A stretch of DNA of 64,000 nucleotides from Candidatus Micrarchaeota archaeon (GTDB taxonomy: Archaea > Micrarchaeota > Micrarchaeia > Anstonellales > Bilamarchaeaceae), in the NCBI GenBank assembly GCA_032123335.1, contig JAQBFN010000050.1, positions 904 to 64,903 on the forward strand, read 5' to 3'. Shown piece by piece: positions 52,727-61,606 of the stretch (position 1 is its first letter; each line of letters opens with the position of its first letter). A model generated the notes under the pieces. The model did not search any database. It saw only the letters and a program-made list of their open reading frames with translations, and was not told the origin of the DNA. The translations under genes and the position numbers were made by a program.

Positions 52727-53023
52727 ATGCCAGGAAGAAATGGAACCGGACCGAATGGAGAAGGCCCTTTGACCGGCAGGGGCATGGGCCCGTGTGGCAG
52801 GGGAGCTGGATCCATGGGAGGATATGGAAGAGGTGCAGGTTATGGGGGAAGAGGTGCAGGTTATGGAAGAGGATACGGCTGCCGCTGCTGGCAGGGAATG
52901 CCCGCGGCTCCGCCCGCACCCGCAACAAAGGAAGACGAGGCAAGTTTTCTTAAAGCGGAGCTCAATGAGCTCGAAGCCGAGAAAAAGGAAATAGAAACAA
53001 GGTTGAAGGAGCTGGAAAAATAG
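52727..53023 (+). CDS. DUF5320 family protein
   Basis: MPGRNGTGPNGEGPLTGRGMGPCGRGAG... Gly/Arg-rich N-terminus plus C-terminal coiled coil ELEAEKKEIETRLKELEK. Confidence 0.7.
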   Translation: MPGRNGTGPNGEGPLTGRGMGPCGRGAGSMGGYGRGAGYGGRGAGYGRGYGCRCWQGMPAAPPAPATKEDEASFLKAELNELEAEKKEIETRLKELEK

Positions 53024-53036
53024 CCTGCAGGCAAAC

Positions 53037-53492
53037 GTGAAAGCATTTATTTTGGCAGGGACTCCGATGGATTATGCAATGCTAAACACTTCATTGATGA
53101 AGGCAGGAAGGGCACTTTGGGGCACATTTCCTGTGCTCCTTGGTGCAATACTGCTTATTTCTCTTGCAGACTCATTCATCTCCAACGAACTATATGCATC
53201 GTTGTTTTCCGGAAATCCCCTCATAGACCCCATTATAGGAAGCATTCTTGGAAGTATATTTGCAGGCAACCCCTCCACCAGCTACATACTCGGAGGGGAG
53301 CTTGTTGATTCCGGGGTAAGCCTGCTTGCAGTTACTGCTTTCCTGGTTTCCTGGGTAACTGTAGGGGTAGTGCAGTTTCCTGCGGAAGCCCTCCTCCTGG
53401 GAAAAAGGTTTGCGCTTTCCCGCAACATTGCTGCATTCCTTTTCTCAATAATCGTAGCAATAGCAGTTTCATCTGTGGTGGGCGTATGGTAA
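53037..53492 (+). CDS. predicted permease, N-terminal half (split COG0701-like)
   Basis: Four TM helices. GNPSTSYILGGEL and FPAEALLLGKRFAL regions. Family assignment from memory. Confidence 0.5.
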   Translation: MKAFILAGTPMDYAMLNTSLMKAGRALWGTFPVLLGAILLISLADSFISNELYASLFSGNPLIDPIIGSILGSIFAGNPSTSYILGGELVDSGVSLLAVTAFLVSWVTVGVVQFPAEALLLGKRFALSRNIAAFLFSIIVAIAVSSVVGVW

Positions 53493-54010
53493 GCGAAAAA
53501 AGCAATTCAGGATGGTATTTCTTTTTCGCAGTGCTTACGCTTTATATGGTCGCATACCTTTTTTCCCCGGAAAAGGTTTCTTCTTCCCTTGATTTCTTTT
53601 CCGCTTTAATCCTGAAGCTGCTGCCCATCTTCGTTCTCATATTTGCCCTGCTTGCTTTTGCAAACTATTTTGTGAAGCCCAAAATCCTTGCAGCCCACAT
53701 GGGCCATGATTCTGGCCTCAAGGGCTGGATAATCGCTGTGCTCACAGGCATTATTTCCACCGGCCCCATCTACATGTGGTACCCCCTCCTGAATGATATG
53801 CAGAAGCATGGGGTGCGCAACGGCCTCCTTTCCGCGTTCCTGTATGCGCGTGCAGTAAAAGTTCCCCTGTTCCCGGTACTCATACTCTATTTTGGCCTTA
53901 CATACACTGTTCTTCTTTCTGCCGCAATTATTGTTGCAGCGCCCCTGCAGGGCATGCTCACTGAAAAGCTTATGGAGTTGTTTGGAAATGAAAATAGCCG
54001 TATCGTCTGA
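53486..54010 (+). CDS. predicted permease, C-terminal half
   Basis: Four to five TM helices. TGIISTGPIYMWYPLL region. 7-nt overlap with the previous gene. Confidence 0.5.
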   Translation: MVSEKSNSGWYFFFAVLTLYMVAYLFSPEKVSSSLDFFSALILKLLPIFVLIFALLAFANYFVKPKILAAHMGHDSGLKGWIIAVLTGIISTGPIYMWYPLLNDMQKHGVRNGLLSAFLYARAVKVPLFPVLILYFGLTYTVLLSAAIIVAAPLQGMLTEKLMELFGNENSRIV

Positions 54011-54296
54011 AGATGGAAAAGAGGATTCCCCTGTGTGCCCGGTTACCGGGAGGGCTCCCTATTACATAATTTTTGAGGGAGAAAAGGTTTCCAAAGTAAT
54101 GAAGAATCCCTTTGCAGTAGGAGGGGGAGGCGCATCCTTTGGTGTGGTGCAAATGCTTTCCAATGAGGGAGTCGAGCTTATCATAAGCGGGAAATTCGGG
54201 CAGAACATGCTCACCTCTCTTGAAGAAAAGGGGATTAAATACAAGATTGTGCAGGGCATGAGCGCAAAGGAGGCCATGGTCGGCGCGAACCCATGA
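53988..54296 (+). CDS. NifB/NifX-family (dinitrogenase FeMo-cofactor biosynthesis domain) protein
   Basis: MKIAVSSEDGKEDSPVCPVTGRAPYYIIFE...GVELIISGKFGQNMLTSLEEKGIKY is the typical small NifX-like fold pattern. Confidence 0.7.
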   Translation: MKIAVSSEDGKEDSPVCPVTGRAPYYIIFEGEKVSKVMKNPFAVGGGGASFGVVQMLSNEGVELIISGKFGQNMLTSLEEKGIKYKIVQGMSAKEAMVGANP

Positions 54297-55051
54297 AAAC
54301 GGTTTACGGGCCAGTCCCCTCATGGCGCTTTGGAAGATCCCTGGGAGTTGACCCCACATGCAGCAGGGGGAAAATCTGCTCATTTGACTGCACTTACTGC
54401 CAGCTGGGAAAGAGTAGGAACAAGACAACGGAAAGAAAGGAATACGTTTCTCCCGGCAAGGTGTGCACTGAACTTGAAGAAACTGATAAGAGCACCACGG
54501 ACGTAATAACTTTTTCTGGGACCGGGGAGCCCACCCTAAACACCAGGCTTGGGGAGATGATTGTTTTTGCAAAGAAGTTTGGTTTCCCTGTTGTTGTGCT
54601 CACGAATTCCTCCTTTTTGCACCTCAAAGAAGTCCGGGATGCCCTGCTCAATGCGGACATTGTTTCCGCAAAGCTGGATGCCCCCAACGAGGCTATTTTC
54701 CAAAAAATAAACCAGCCTGCCGAAGGCATCCATTTAGATTCTGTTCTTGAAGGAATCCGGGAGTTCCGCAAAGAGTTCAAAGGAAAGCTTGCATTGCAGA
54801 TGATGTTTATTGATGCCACTAAGGAAGCTGCAGGAGAGCTCGCAGCCCTTGCGCGCGAAATGAACCCGGATGAAATCCAGCTCGATACTCCCCTTCGCCC
54901 TTCCCATGTTTCCCCACTTTTCCCTGAAGAGATGGGCCAAGTTGAAGAGCATTTTCACGGGCTTCCATTTATTTCTGTCTACAAAAAAAAGAAACCGTTA
55001 GTATCTCCCCTGAATGCCCATGAAACAGAGATGCGCAGGCCCGAATACTAA
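54293..55051 (+). CDS. radical SAM protein
   Basis: YGPVPSWRFGRSLGV...CSFDCTYCQ (CxxxCxxC) and GEPTL motif. 4-nt overlap with the NifX-like gene. Confidence 0.8.
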   Translation: MKTVYGPVPSWRFGRSLGVDPTCSRGKICSFDCTYCQLGKSRNKTTERKEYVSPGKVCTELEETDKSTTDVITFSGTGEPTLNTRLGEMIVFAKKFGFPVVVLTNSSFLHLKEVRDALLNADIVSAKLDAPNEAIFQKINQPAEGIHLDSVLEGIREFRKEFKGKLALQMMFIDATKEAAGELAALAREMNPDEIQLDTPLRPSHVSPLFPEEMGQVEEHFHGLPFISVYKKKKPLVSPLNAHETEMRRPEY

Positions 55052-55171
55052 TTTTCTTTTCAGTATAATTCTCTAGTTTCCCCTCATTCCGGGCGCCCGA
55101 GAAGGGGCAGGAGATAGTTTCCCTTTTCTTCTTTCCATCCGGATTATATATCTTTTGAAATTACTTTACTC

Positions 55172-56518
55172 ATGAAGAAGAAAAGCAGCTTTTCCGGGAT
55201 CGTATTGATACTCATTATTCTTTTCGGCATATCTCTTGCCTTAAACCTGGTGCAACTTTACTTCCAGCCGCTTCCGGCTTCCTGCACCATACAGGAGGTA
55301 TGCCCCCCAATCCCTGAGGAAAAGGTGTGCCCCCCGCTAGTGCTTGAAGAGGAGCCCGCACCTTCCCCTGCAAACACCAGCACCCTTATCTACCAATCTT
55401 CCTTTGAAGGCGGAACCCTCTACAAAACGCTCGATGGAAAATACAATGTCCTTGATTTGCACGGTTCATATAGGGAAATGGGCCGCCAGTACGGCTACCT
55501 TCTCAAGGATGAGCTAAATGCAATGTGCCGGGAAACCGCCGCAGACCTTGCGCAGCGGGGCCTGGATGAGCAGGGCCAGGCTGCTGAAGCCCATGGCCTC
55601 TACGGGAAATACCCAGAGCGCTTCAAGGAAATAATCCGCGGGATGTCCGAAACCTCCGGCCTCACCCTTGAAGAGCAGATACGCCTCAACGGAGCAGTAT
55701 TCACCCTTTTTGGAGTATACTACAGCCATGATGCTACCCCCGGAGACCCCACCGCAGGATGCAGCGGAACCGCATTCTGGGGCGAGTATTCGAAGGATGG
55801 AAAGCTTTATTTCGGGCGCAATTGGGACGCTTCCCAGGACCTTATGGCCCCCTACATCAAATACATGACGCTTGCGGTTTACCACCCGGAAGGGAGCGGC
55901 AACACGGTCGCAAACCTTGAGTTCGCAGGGGAGGTTTACACTGAAACTGCAATGAACGACAAGGGGATTTTCCTTGAGCTGAACAATGGAGGGCAGTCTG
56001 ACCATGCCTCCTACTCTGGAAGGGTGGATGCAGCTTCAGAGCTCTTCGCGTTTATGTTTGATTATTCTACTATGGATGAGATTGAATCTGCCTTTGAAAC
56101 CACCCGCGCAAGCGATTCCTACCTTGTGCAGGTTGCGGACAGCTCTTCCGCATATTCCTTTGAGTGGTCTTCAACTTACGGTGTGCACAAGCGCTCCGAA
56201 AACGCAAGCGGATACCTCATTGCATACAACAGCTTTGTTCCCCCTTACCCAGAAGGATGGATAATCGAGCCACCCCTTGCAGAGGATACAAGGCGCGACA
56301 ACCTTCTCGTCCTTGCCAATTCCCCAGAGTATAAAGGAAAGATGGATGTGGAGAAAATGAAGGAGTTCCTTGCAGTGCGCTGGGAGGATGGAGGAGCGTT
56401 CGCCAACCAGACCAATTTCCAGGTGATTGCAGTTCCCGAAGATTCCATTATGTGGATACACGGGATTGGCCACTCGGGCTGGTCTGAAGTGGACCTGAAG
56501 CCCCTCTTTTACGAGTAG
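55172..56518 (+). CDS. membrane-anchored C45/Ntn-hydrolase-like protein (acyl-CoA:6-APA acyltransferase family-like)
   Basis: N-terminal TM helix and Pro/Glu spacer. GCSGTAFWG...GKLYFGRNWD resembles the autoprocessing Gly-Cys nucleophile and RNxD region of peptidase C45. Confidence 0.6.
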   Translation: MKKKSSFSGIVLILIILFGISLALNLVQLYFQPLPASCTIQEVCPPIPEEKVCPPLVLEEEPAPSPANTSTLIYQSSFEGGTLYKTLDGKYNVLDLHGSYREMGRQYGYLLKDELNAMCRETAADLAQRGLDEQGQAAEAHGLYGKYPERFKEIIRGMSETSGLTLEEQIRLNGAVFTLFGVYYSHDATPGDPTAGCSGTAFWGEYSKDGKLYFGRNWDASQDLMAPYIKYMTLAVYHPEGSGNTVANLEFAGEVYTETAMNDKGIFLELNNGGQSDHASYSGRVDAASELFAFMFDYSTMDEIESAFETTRASDSYLVQVADSSSAYSFEWSSTYGVHKRSENASGYLIAYNSFVPPYPEGWIIEPPLAEDTRRDNLLVLANSPEYKGKMDVEKMKEFLAVRWEDGGAFANQTNFQVIAVPEDSIMWIHGIGHSGWSEVDLKPLFYE

Positions 56519-56599
56519 CCTTCCTATGTTGGGTTCCTGCCGCAAATGCAAAAGTTAATAACTGTCTGTTCCCCTACTCTGCTAGTATATGGTGAGCAT

Positions 56600-56755
56600 A
56601 TGGGCTTAAGCAAAAGAGATTTAGGAAAGAAAAAAGCCAATTTAAGGGCAAGGCTGGAAGAGCTTGAAAAAAAAGCAAAATTCGACCCGATTAAGAAAGA
56701 CCGGAAGCTTCATGAGGAGATTGCGGAGTTAAGGAAAAAGATTGGTGCTGATTAA
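56600..56755 (+). CDS. hypothetical small Lys-rich coiled protein (51 aa)
   Basis: ATG after GGTGAG. No recognised domain. Confidence 0.3.
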   Translation: MGLSKRDLGKKKANLRARLEELEKKAKFDPIKKDRKLHEEIAELRKKIGAD

Positions 56756-56882
56756 CTTTCGCTTCCCGTTTTTATCCGGAACCAAATTTCTTCGCTATAC
56801 TTCCATAGTTCCCTTTTTTACTATTCCACACAATTAACTTGATTAACACCGTTTTTATACTTTTTTATACACAATACACTTA

Positions 56883-59063
56883 ATGCAAACTCCCAAGCGC
56901 ACTTTAAGGGGCCCAATGCGCCTATTGGTGCCGCTAGCAATCTCTGCAACGCTGCATGCGGGAGCAATATCCGGACCAAACATGTACAAGTGGTTCCAAA
57001 ATTTAGGGAAAACTCCAGTTGCGCAGACTGCCCCCCTCCAGGAGGACATATTGCGCACCCAACGCCCCAAAGGCCAGAACCCCTTCTTAGCAGAACGTGA
57101 ATCATATGTATCCGAATTGCTTTCTTTGCTAAAAACCGGAAAGGAAATTTCCATATCCGAGTTTTTTCTCAAAAGCGAACTCCTAGACAAAAATATCCGT
57201 GCATTTGACGCTGGAGACACACCCTATTCAGAAGGATACTATAAAGGCCAATACCAGATGCTTGTTAGCAGGGCAAAAGAGCACCTAAAAGGCAAGAAAT
57301 TCAAGCTCAAGCACCTCCACATATTTTTTCATACCGAATTTACCAGAGGATATGCTCCCAAACAAGGAAATATCCTGGATATGCTGGATTCCAATTGGGG
57401 AAACTGTAATGCTTCGACCCAGCTCTTTTCTGCCTTAATAGAAGATGTCCTGGGAATCAAAGACCAAAAATTCCTTTTATACACTAACCATATAGCTTCC
57501 ATACTGGGAAAAAGAAAAATTGAGAACACTTCCCACAAATGGGAAGCTTCCTATCAATTGTACGATGGGTGCGGGGCAAAACTCTCAAAAGAGTCAATGG
57601 TGGCAGCATACCTGCTTGCAAATGGGGTCCAGGTGCCAGAACTTCCCCCTGACCTGCAAGAACCTTATCTTAAAACCTGGAAATGGCCGGACCGTTGCCG
57701 GGTTAAACCAGAAATCAATTCGGGATTGGTAAACGGGGCCAAGAAAAAATATCCCCCTGTTAACCTCCCAGGCAGCGGAGTCATTCCAACGGAGCCTATC
57801 CCTAATCCTGACTATGTGGTCAAGCAAACTGAACTTTCCCCAAAAGAAGTTGTTGCGTATGCCAAAATTGCGCGCGCAGCATATTTCTTCTATTTAGGGG
57901 AAAGCACCCCCCAAGGCGGAAATACTGTTGAATTTGAGCCATATTCCCTGGAGGGGGTAGATTGGAAAAAAATGATGAAGTATATGAAAGAACTAACTCT
58001 CCAGAACGTTCTTCTTCAATATTATCCCAGAGAATATCGCCTCCACAATAAACTTCAAAGCATTACTTCTTCTCAAATCCTGAGCCTGGTTAATTCTCTT
58101 CCAGAGAATGCCGGAGAAGACCTCAAGGAAAAACTTTGCTCCGAATATTCTTTCTCTGCGTGGAAATCCCCTCCCAAACAGATAATAATGGACTTTCCAT
58201 ACTCTTTCTGCACTAAGGAGATAGGGTGGATAAAATACCGTTATGCAAGCGGAGAATTTGCTCCCCTTAACAACGACCCTGAAGTAATAAACTATCTGGA
58301 GAAGTCTACATTTGATTCTGTAGATTCAATTGTGCTTGTCCATCTCCTGGAATACCTGACTCCCGATGATTTCCAATTCTTCCAAAATGAGTTTAATAAG
58401 GCAAATACAAATATCCAGCGCAGGTATGCTGCTTATGGAATGGTTATCTCAGACTGGAAGGCAGGGTGTGAGTTTATTTCTCATCATTCCAATTCTTCCG
58501 GGATACTCAAGCCAAAAATAATCTGCTGCAGGGATTTAGGGGCAATCTGGGAAAACGCATTAGACCTAACTGATTCTGAGGGAAGAGGCCTTACTTTTCT
58601 TCGCGGAGCCTATCTCTCAGAAGAAGAAATGGATTCTCTTGTTGCCGTATCCCAGGAGCACGCCAAAAATAGGTCGGTTACGGCAGTTCTCAAACTCTCA
58701 AGAATTATGGCAGAATATGCAGATTCCCTGGAAGGCCATTCCCCCAGAAAAGCAGAATTCTCGCGGTATGCTTTAGACCTGGCAAAGTTTGCCATTGAAA
58801 ATACTCCGGATAGCTCTAAACTGAATACCTTTTTTGCAGAATTCAGCCCAAAACATGCATCCCTCCTCATCCCTACCCTGGAAAATGGTTGCACAGTTGG
58901 CCACACCGTTTCCAGGCTAGCTCCCATAATCGACTCCAAGCTGATTCCAAAAGAAGCAATTGATGCACTTAAAAGCACTGTTTTGAACCCTGCTGATGTT
59001 CCCTACGCCAGAGTGCAGGCATCCATAATTCTTCTTGACCTGGGAATAGATCCCTTAGAGTAG
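56883..59063 (+). CDS. large hypothetical protein (726 aa) with possible transglutaminase-like Cys-His motif
   Basis: Possible signal LLVPLAISATLHAGA. WGNCNASTQLFSALIEDVLG...LYTNHIAS resembles a TGase-like core. Otherwise an orphan. Confidence 0.6.
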   Translation: MQTPKRTLRGPMRLLVPLAISATLHAGAISGPNMYKWFQNLGKTPVAQTAPLQEDILRTQRPKGQNPFLAERESYVSELLSLLKTGKEISISEFFLKSELLDKNIRAFDAGDTPYSEGYYKGQYQMLVSRAKEHLKGKKFKLKHLHIFFHTEFTRGYAPKQGNILDMLDSNWGNCNASTQLFSALIEDVLGIKDQKFLLYTNHIASILGKRKIENTSHKWEASYQLYDGCGAKLSKESMVAAYLLANGVQVPELPPDLQEPYLKTWKWPDRCRVKPEINSGLVNGAKKKYPPVNLPGSGVIPTEPIPNPDYVVKQTELSPKEVVAYAKIARAAYFFYLGESTPQGGNTVEFEPYSLEGVDWKKMMKYMKELTLQNVLLQYYPREYRLHNKLQSITSSQILSLVNSLPENAGEDLKEKLCSEYSFSAWKSPPKQIIMDFPYSFCTKEIGWIKYRYASGEFAPLNNDPEVINYLEKSTFDSVDSIVLVHLLEYLTPDDFQFFQNEFNKANTNIQRRYAAYGMVISDWKAGCEFISHHSNSSGILKPKIICCRDLGAIWENALDLTDSEGRGLTFLRGAYLSEEEMDSLVAVSQEHAKNRSVTAVLKLSRIMAEYADSLEGHSPRKAEFSRYALDLAKFAIENTPDSSKLNTFFAEFSPKHASLLIPTLENGCTVGHTVSRLAPIIDSKLIPKEAIDALKSTVLNPADVPYARVQASIILLDLGIDPLE

Positions 59064-59071
59064 TTTCCTTT

Positions 59072-59398
59072 CTATTCCAGTAGCTTTTCTATTTTTTCCA
59101 GAAATTTGCCTGCAAATTCCACCAGCTTCTTAGCTTCATCCTGTGTGGGGTAATACTCTGAAGAATACGAAACCTTGTGCCTCTTTTCCCTGTATTCATC
59201 CAATAGGTGCACAAAAGATATCCCCAGATTATCAGAATAATTCGCTTCTAAATACCTTGCCACGCACGCATGGCTCCTTTCCCTATATCCGTCCTTAAAC
59301 AAAAGCGACCTTGCCCCATCAAACATTGCCGCATACCCTGCGAGCACCGCAGAGTTCGGGCTTCCGTTTTTCACAGCCTTTTCCGCTTCCTTCAGCAT
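59072..59398 (-). CDS. HEPN domain protein
   Basis: AVLAGYAAMFDGARSLLFKDGYRERSHACVARYL fits the HEPN helix pair with the conserved SH position. 108 aa. Confidence 0.6.
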   Translation of the reverse strand: MLKEAEKAVKNGSPNSAVLAGYAAMFDGARSLLFKDGYRERSHACVARYLEANYSDNLGISFVHLLDEYREKRHKVSYSSEYYPTQDEAKKLVEFAGKFLEKIEKLLE

Positions 59399-59467
59399 TA
59401 CCTGCGCCTTTCCATCTGGCTCCGTGCCTGCACTGCTGAAGGCGCAATCTTCCTTATCATTCCCTGC

Positions 59468-59752
59468 TCATTTTATCATCAGCCCCTTCTTCTTTACTTT
59501 CTTTACTCCCTCTGGATCCCATATCCAGACTATTTCCCCGGTTTTCCTGTCTATGTGTATCTTGTTGGATTCCTCCAGGTAATCCAGTATTACGAGCAGC
59601 GTCTGGTACATGATTTTCTTAGGGAGCTGCCTCCTCAATTCCGCCTTTGTGGGGTAGGTCCCCGCCTTCTTTATGAGCTCCTCCACCATTATTACCGTAT
59701 CCAGCCGGGGGTAGTGCAGAACCTCTGTGCTTCTTTTAATCATGAGCTTCAC
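59468..59752 (-). CDS. small winged-helix-like protein (94 aa)
   Basis: TKAELRRQLPKKIMYQTLLVILDYLEESNKIHIDRKTGEIVW is a helix-turn-helix plus beta-wing pattern. Immediately upstream of the HEPN gene on the same strand. Confidence 0.5.
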   Translation of the reverse strand: MKLMIKRSTEVLHYPRLDTVIMVEELIKKAGTYPTKAELRRQLPKKIMYQTLLVILDYLEESNKIHIDRKTGEIVWIWDPEGVKKVKKKGLMIK

Positions 59753-59798
59753 CAGTTATATAAATTTATGCAATATATAAGTTTATATAACTATCGTT

Positions 59799-60479
59799 TC
59801 ACTCAACTATTTCTAGCAATTCTCTAAAATCCTTAATCTCATAATCCAGCTTTACTTTCTCATTTCTCTTGAATTTCTCCCCATATTTAGCCAAACAAAC
59901 CTTCATCCCCAGCTTCTTCGCCCCCAGCATGTCCCTGTCATTATTATCACCCACAAAAAGCGCATCTTTTGCATCCACACTAAGTTTCCTTAAAGCAGCC
60001 TCAAAAGGAGCCCTGTGCGGTTTCTTCACCTTTGTATCATCCGTAGTAACTACAGTTTCAAACAGCCTGTCCAGCCTGGAAAGAACCAAACGCATCCACG
60101 CCTTGTTCCTTGGCGCATCGGTCACTATCCCTATCTGCGCCCTCTTTTTCAGCTTCCCCAGGGTAGATGCTACCCCCGGATACGGCTTCAGCGAATTGAA
60201 CTTGCTCTTCTGGTACGCAACTATCGCCGCCTGCTGTATCCTTTCCGCCTGCCCCACTTCCAGCCTGTACGGGTGTATCACCTGGTAGAATGCCTTCTGG
60301 TATTCCACCCCATACTCATCATACACCTCAAATATCCTCCTGTACACCCTGCCTTCCCTTTCCGGGAGCCCCTTCCTCACCATCGCCCTGGCCGCGGCTT
60401 TCGCGGCCTTCTGCTTAAAGCTCCAGAAATCCAGCAGCGTATTATCTAAATCGAAAAGCACAGCCTTGAACTCTCCCAT
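59799..60479 (-). CDS. HAD-superfamily hydrolase (phosphoglycolate phosphatase-like)
   Basis: Motif I FDLDNTLL, motif II IVTDAP, motif IV VGDNNDRD. Confidence 0.8.
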   Translation of the reverse strand: MGEFKAVLFDLDNTLLDFWSFKQKAAKAAARAMVRKGLPEREGRVYRRIFEVYDEYGVEYQKAFYQVIHPYRLEVGQAERIQQAAIVAYQKSKFNSLKPYPGVASTLGKLKKRAQIGIVTDAPRNKAWMRLVLSRLDRLFETVVTTDDTKVKKPHRAPFEAALRKLSVDAKDALFVGDNNDRDMLGAKKLGMKVCLAKYGEKFKRNEKVKLDYEIKDFRELLEIVE

Positions 60480-60570
60480 GCCAATGCTTCAAGCTTAAGG
60501 TTAAAAAACGCAACTTTCTCCCTTTCTTTAGGATTTTCAAGTTCTTAAAAACGGAGGAAAGAATCCCGTT

Positions 60571-61524
60571 TCAGGAAGTTTTAAGTTCCCTTTGCAGGTT
60601 CACAAGCATATCTTCGGTCATTTCCTGAAGCCCGAACTTGTGCTTCCACCCCCAGTCTTTTCTTGCCTCAGAATCATCCATGGAGCGCGTCCAGGAATCG
60701 GCAATCTGTTGCCTGAAATCCGGAGTATAATCCATCTCAAACTCTGGAATGTGTTTGCGTACCTCTTCGGCAAGTTCACTTGGTTCGAAACTTGCTGCAG
60801 TAAAGTTGTAGCTTGTGCGCACTTTTATTTTCTCAGGTTCAGCTTCCATCAATTCAATGGTGCCACGGACTGCATCATCCATATACATCATGGGCAGGTA
60901 TGTGCCTTTCTGCAAAAAGCAGGTGTATTTTTTATTCTTGATTGCCTCATGGAAAATCTCTACTGCATAATCTGTCGTGCCTCCCCCTGGAGGCGTTTTC
61001 CAGCTTATTACCCCGGGGTAGCGCAAGCTTCTTACGTCAATTCCGTATTTATGAAAGTAATAGTGTGCAAGAAGTTCCCCTGCGACTTTAGTCACCCCAT
61101 ACATTGTAGAAGGTTCCAGAACCGTGTGCTGGGGCGTATTATCCCTGGGTGTTGTTGGGCCGAATGCCGCGATTGAGCTTGGCCAGAATATCCTGGGTTT
61201 GTTTTCGCTTTCTTTTGCAAGCTCAAGCATGTTCATCAGGCTTGCCATGTTCACCCTGTATGCAAGAGCCGGATTCTGTTCTCCCTTTGCCGAGAGTATC
61301 CCCACTAAGTGGTATATCTCGGTTATTCCATGCTCCTTAATTAACCCCGCAAGGGTTTCCTTTTCAGTCGCATCACCTATTGCGTAGGGTTGTTCTGCGT
61401 TTTCGGGAATGTTGTGGTGGTACATAGGCACCACTGCATCTTTTCCATACCTTTTCCTCAATGCGGGCACAAGCTCTGAACCGATTTGCCCGGCAGCCCC
61501 AGTAACCAGTATTTTTCTTTCCAT
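60571..61524 (-). CDS. tdh: NAD-dependent epimerase/dehydratase-fold L-threonine 3-dehydrogenase
   Basis: ILVTGAAGQIGSEL Rossmann motif and YGVTK (YxxxK). Divergent partner is kbl, a common pairing. Confidence 0.75.
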   Translation of the reverse strand: MERKILVTGAAGQIGSELVPALRKRYGKDAVVPMYHHNIPENAEQPYAIGDATEKETLAGLIKEHGITEIYHLVGILSAKGEQNPALAYRVNMASLMNMLELAKESENKPRIFWPSSIAAFGPTTPRDNTPQHTVLEPSTMYGVTKVAGELLAHYYFHKYGIDVRSLRYPGVISWKTPPGGGTTDYAVEIFHEAIKNKKYTCFLQKGTYLPMMYMDDAVRGTIELMEAEPEKIKVRTSYNFTAASFEPSELAEEVRKHIPEFEMDYTPDFRQQIADSWTRSMDDSEARKDWGWKHKFGLQEMTEDMLVNLQRELKTS

Positions 61525-61606
61525 TTTTCCGTTTTCATACTTAAAGAATTAAAAGGATGTCCTGAGTATTCCAGAGCAGTTCATATACTCAAATTGGGTG
61601 GATAAA

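Noticed and set aside
53970-54572. 200-aa minus-strand ORF across the NifX-like and radical-SAM genes
   Set aside because: It is antisense to two motif-bearing genes that are tightly coupled in an operon. Its product has no motifs and shadow-like composition.
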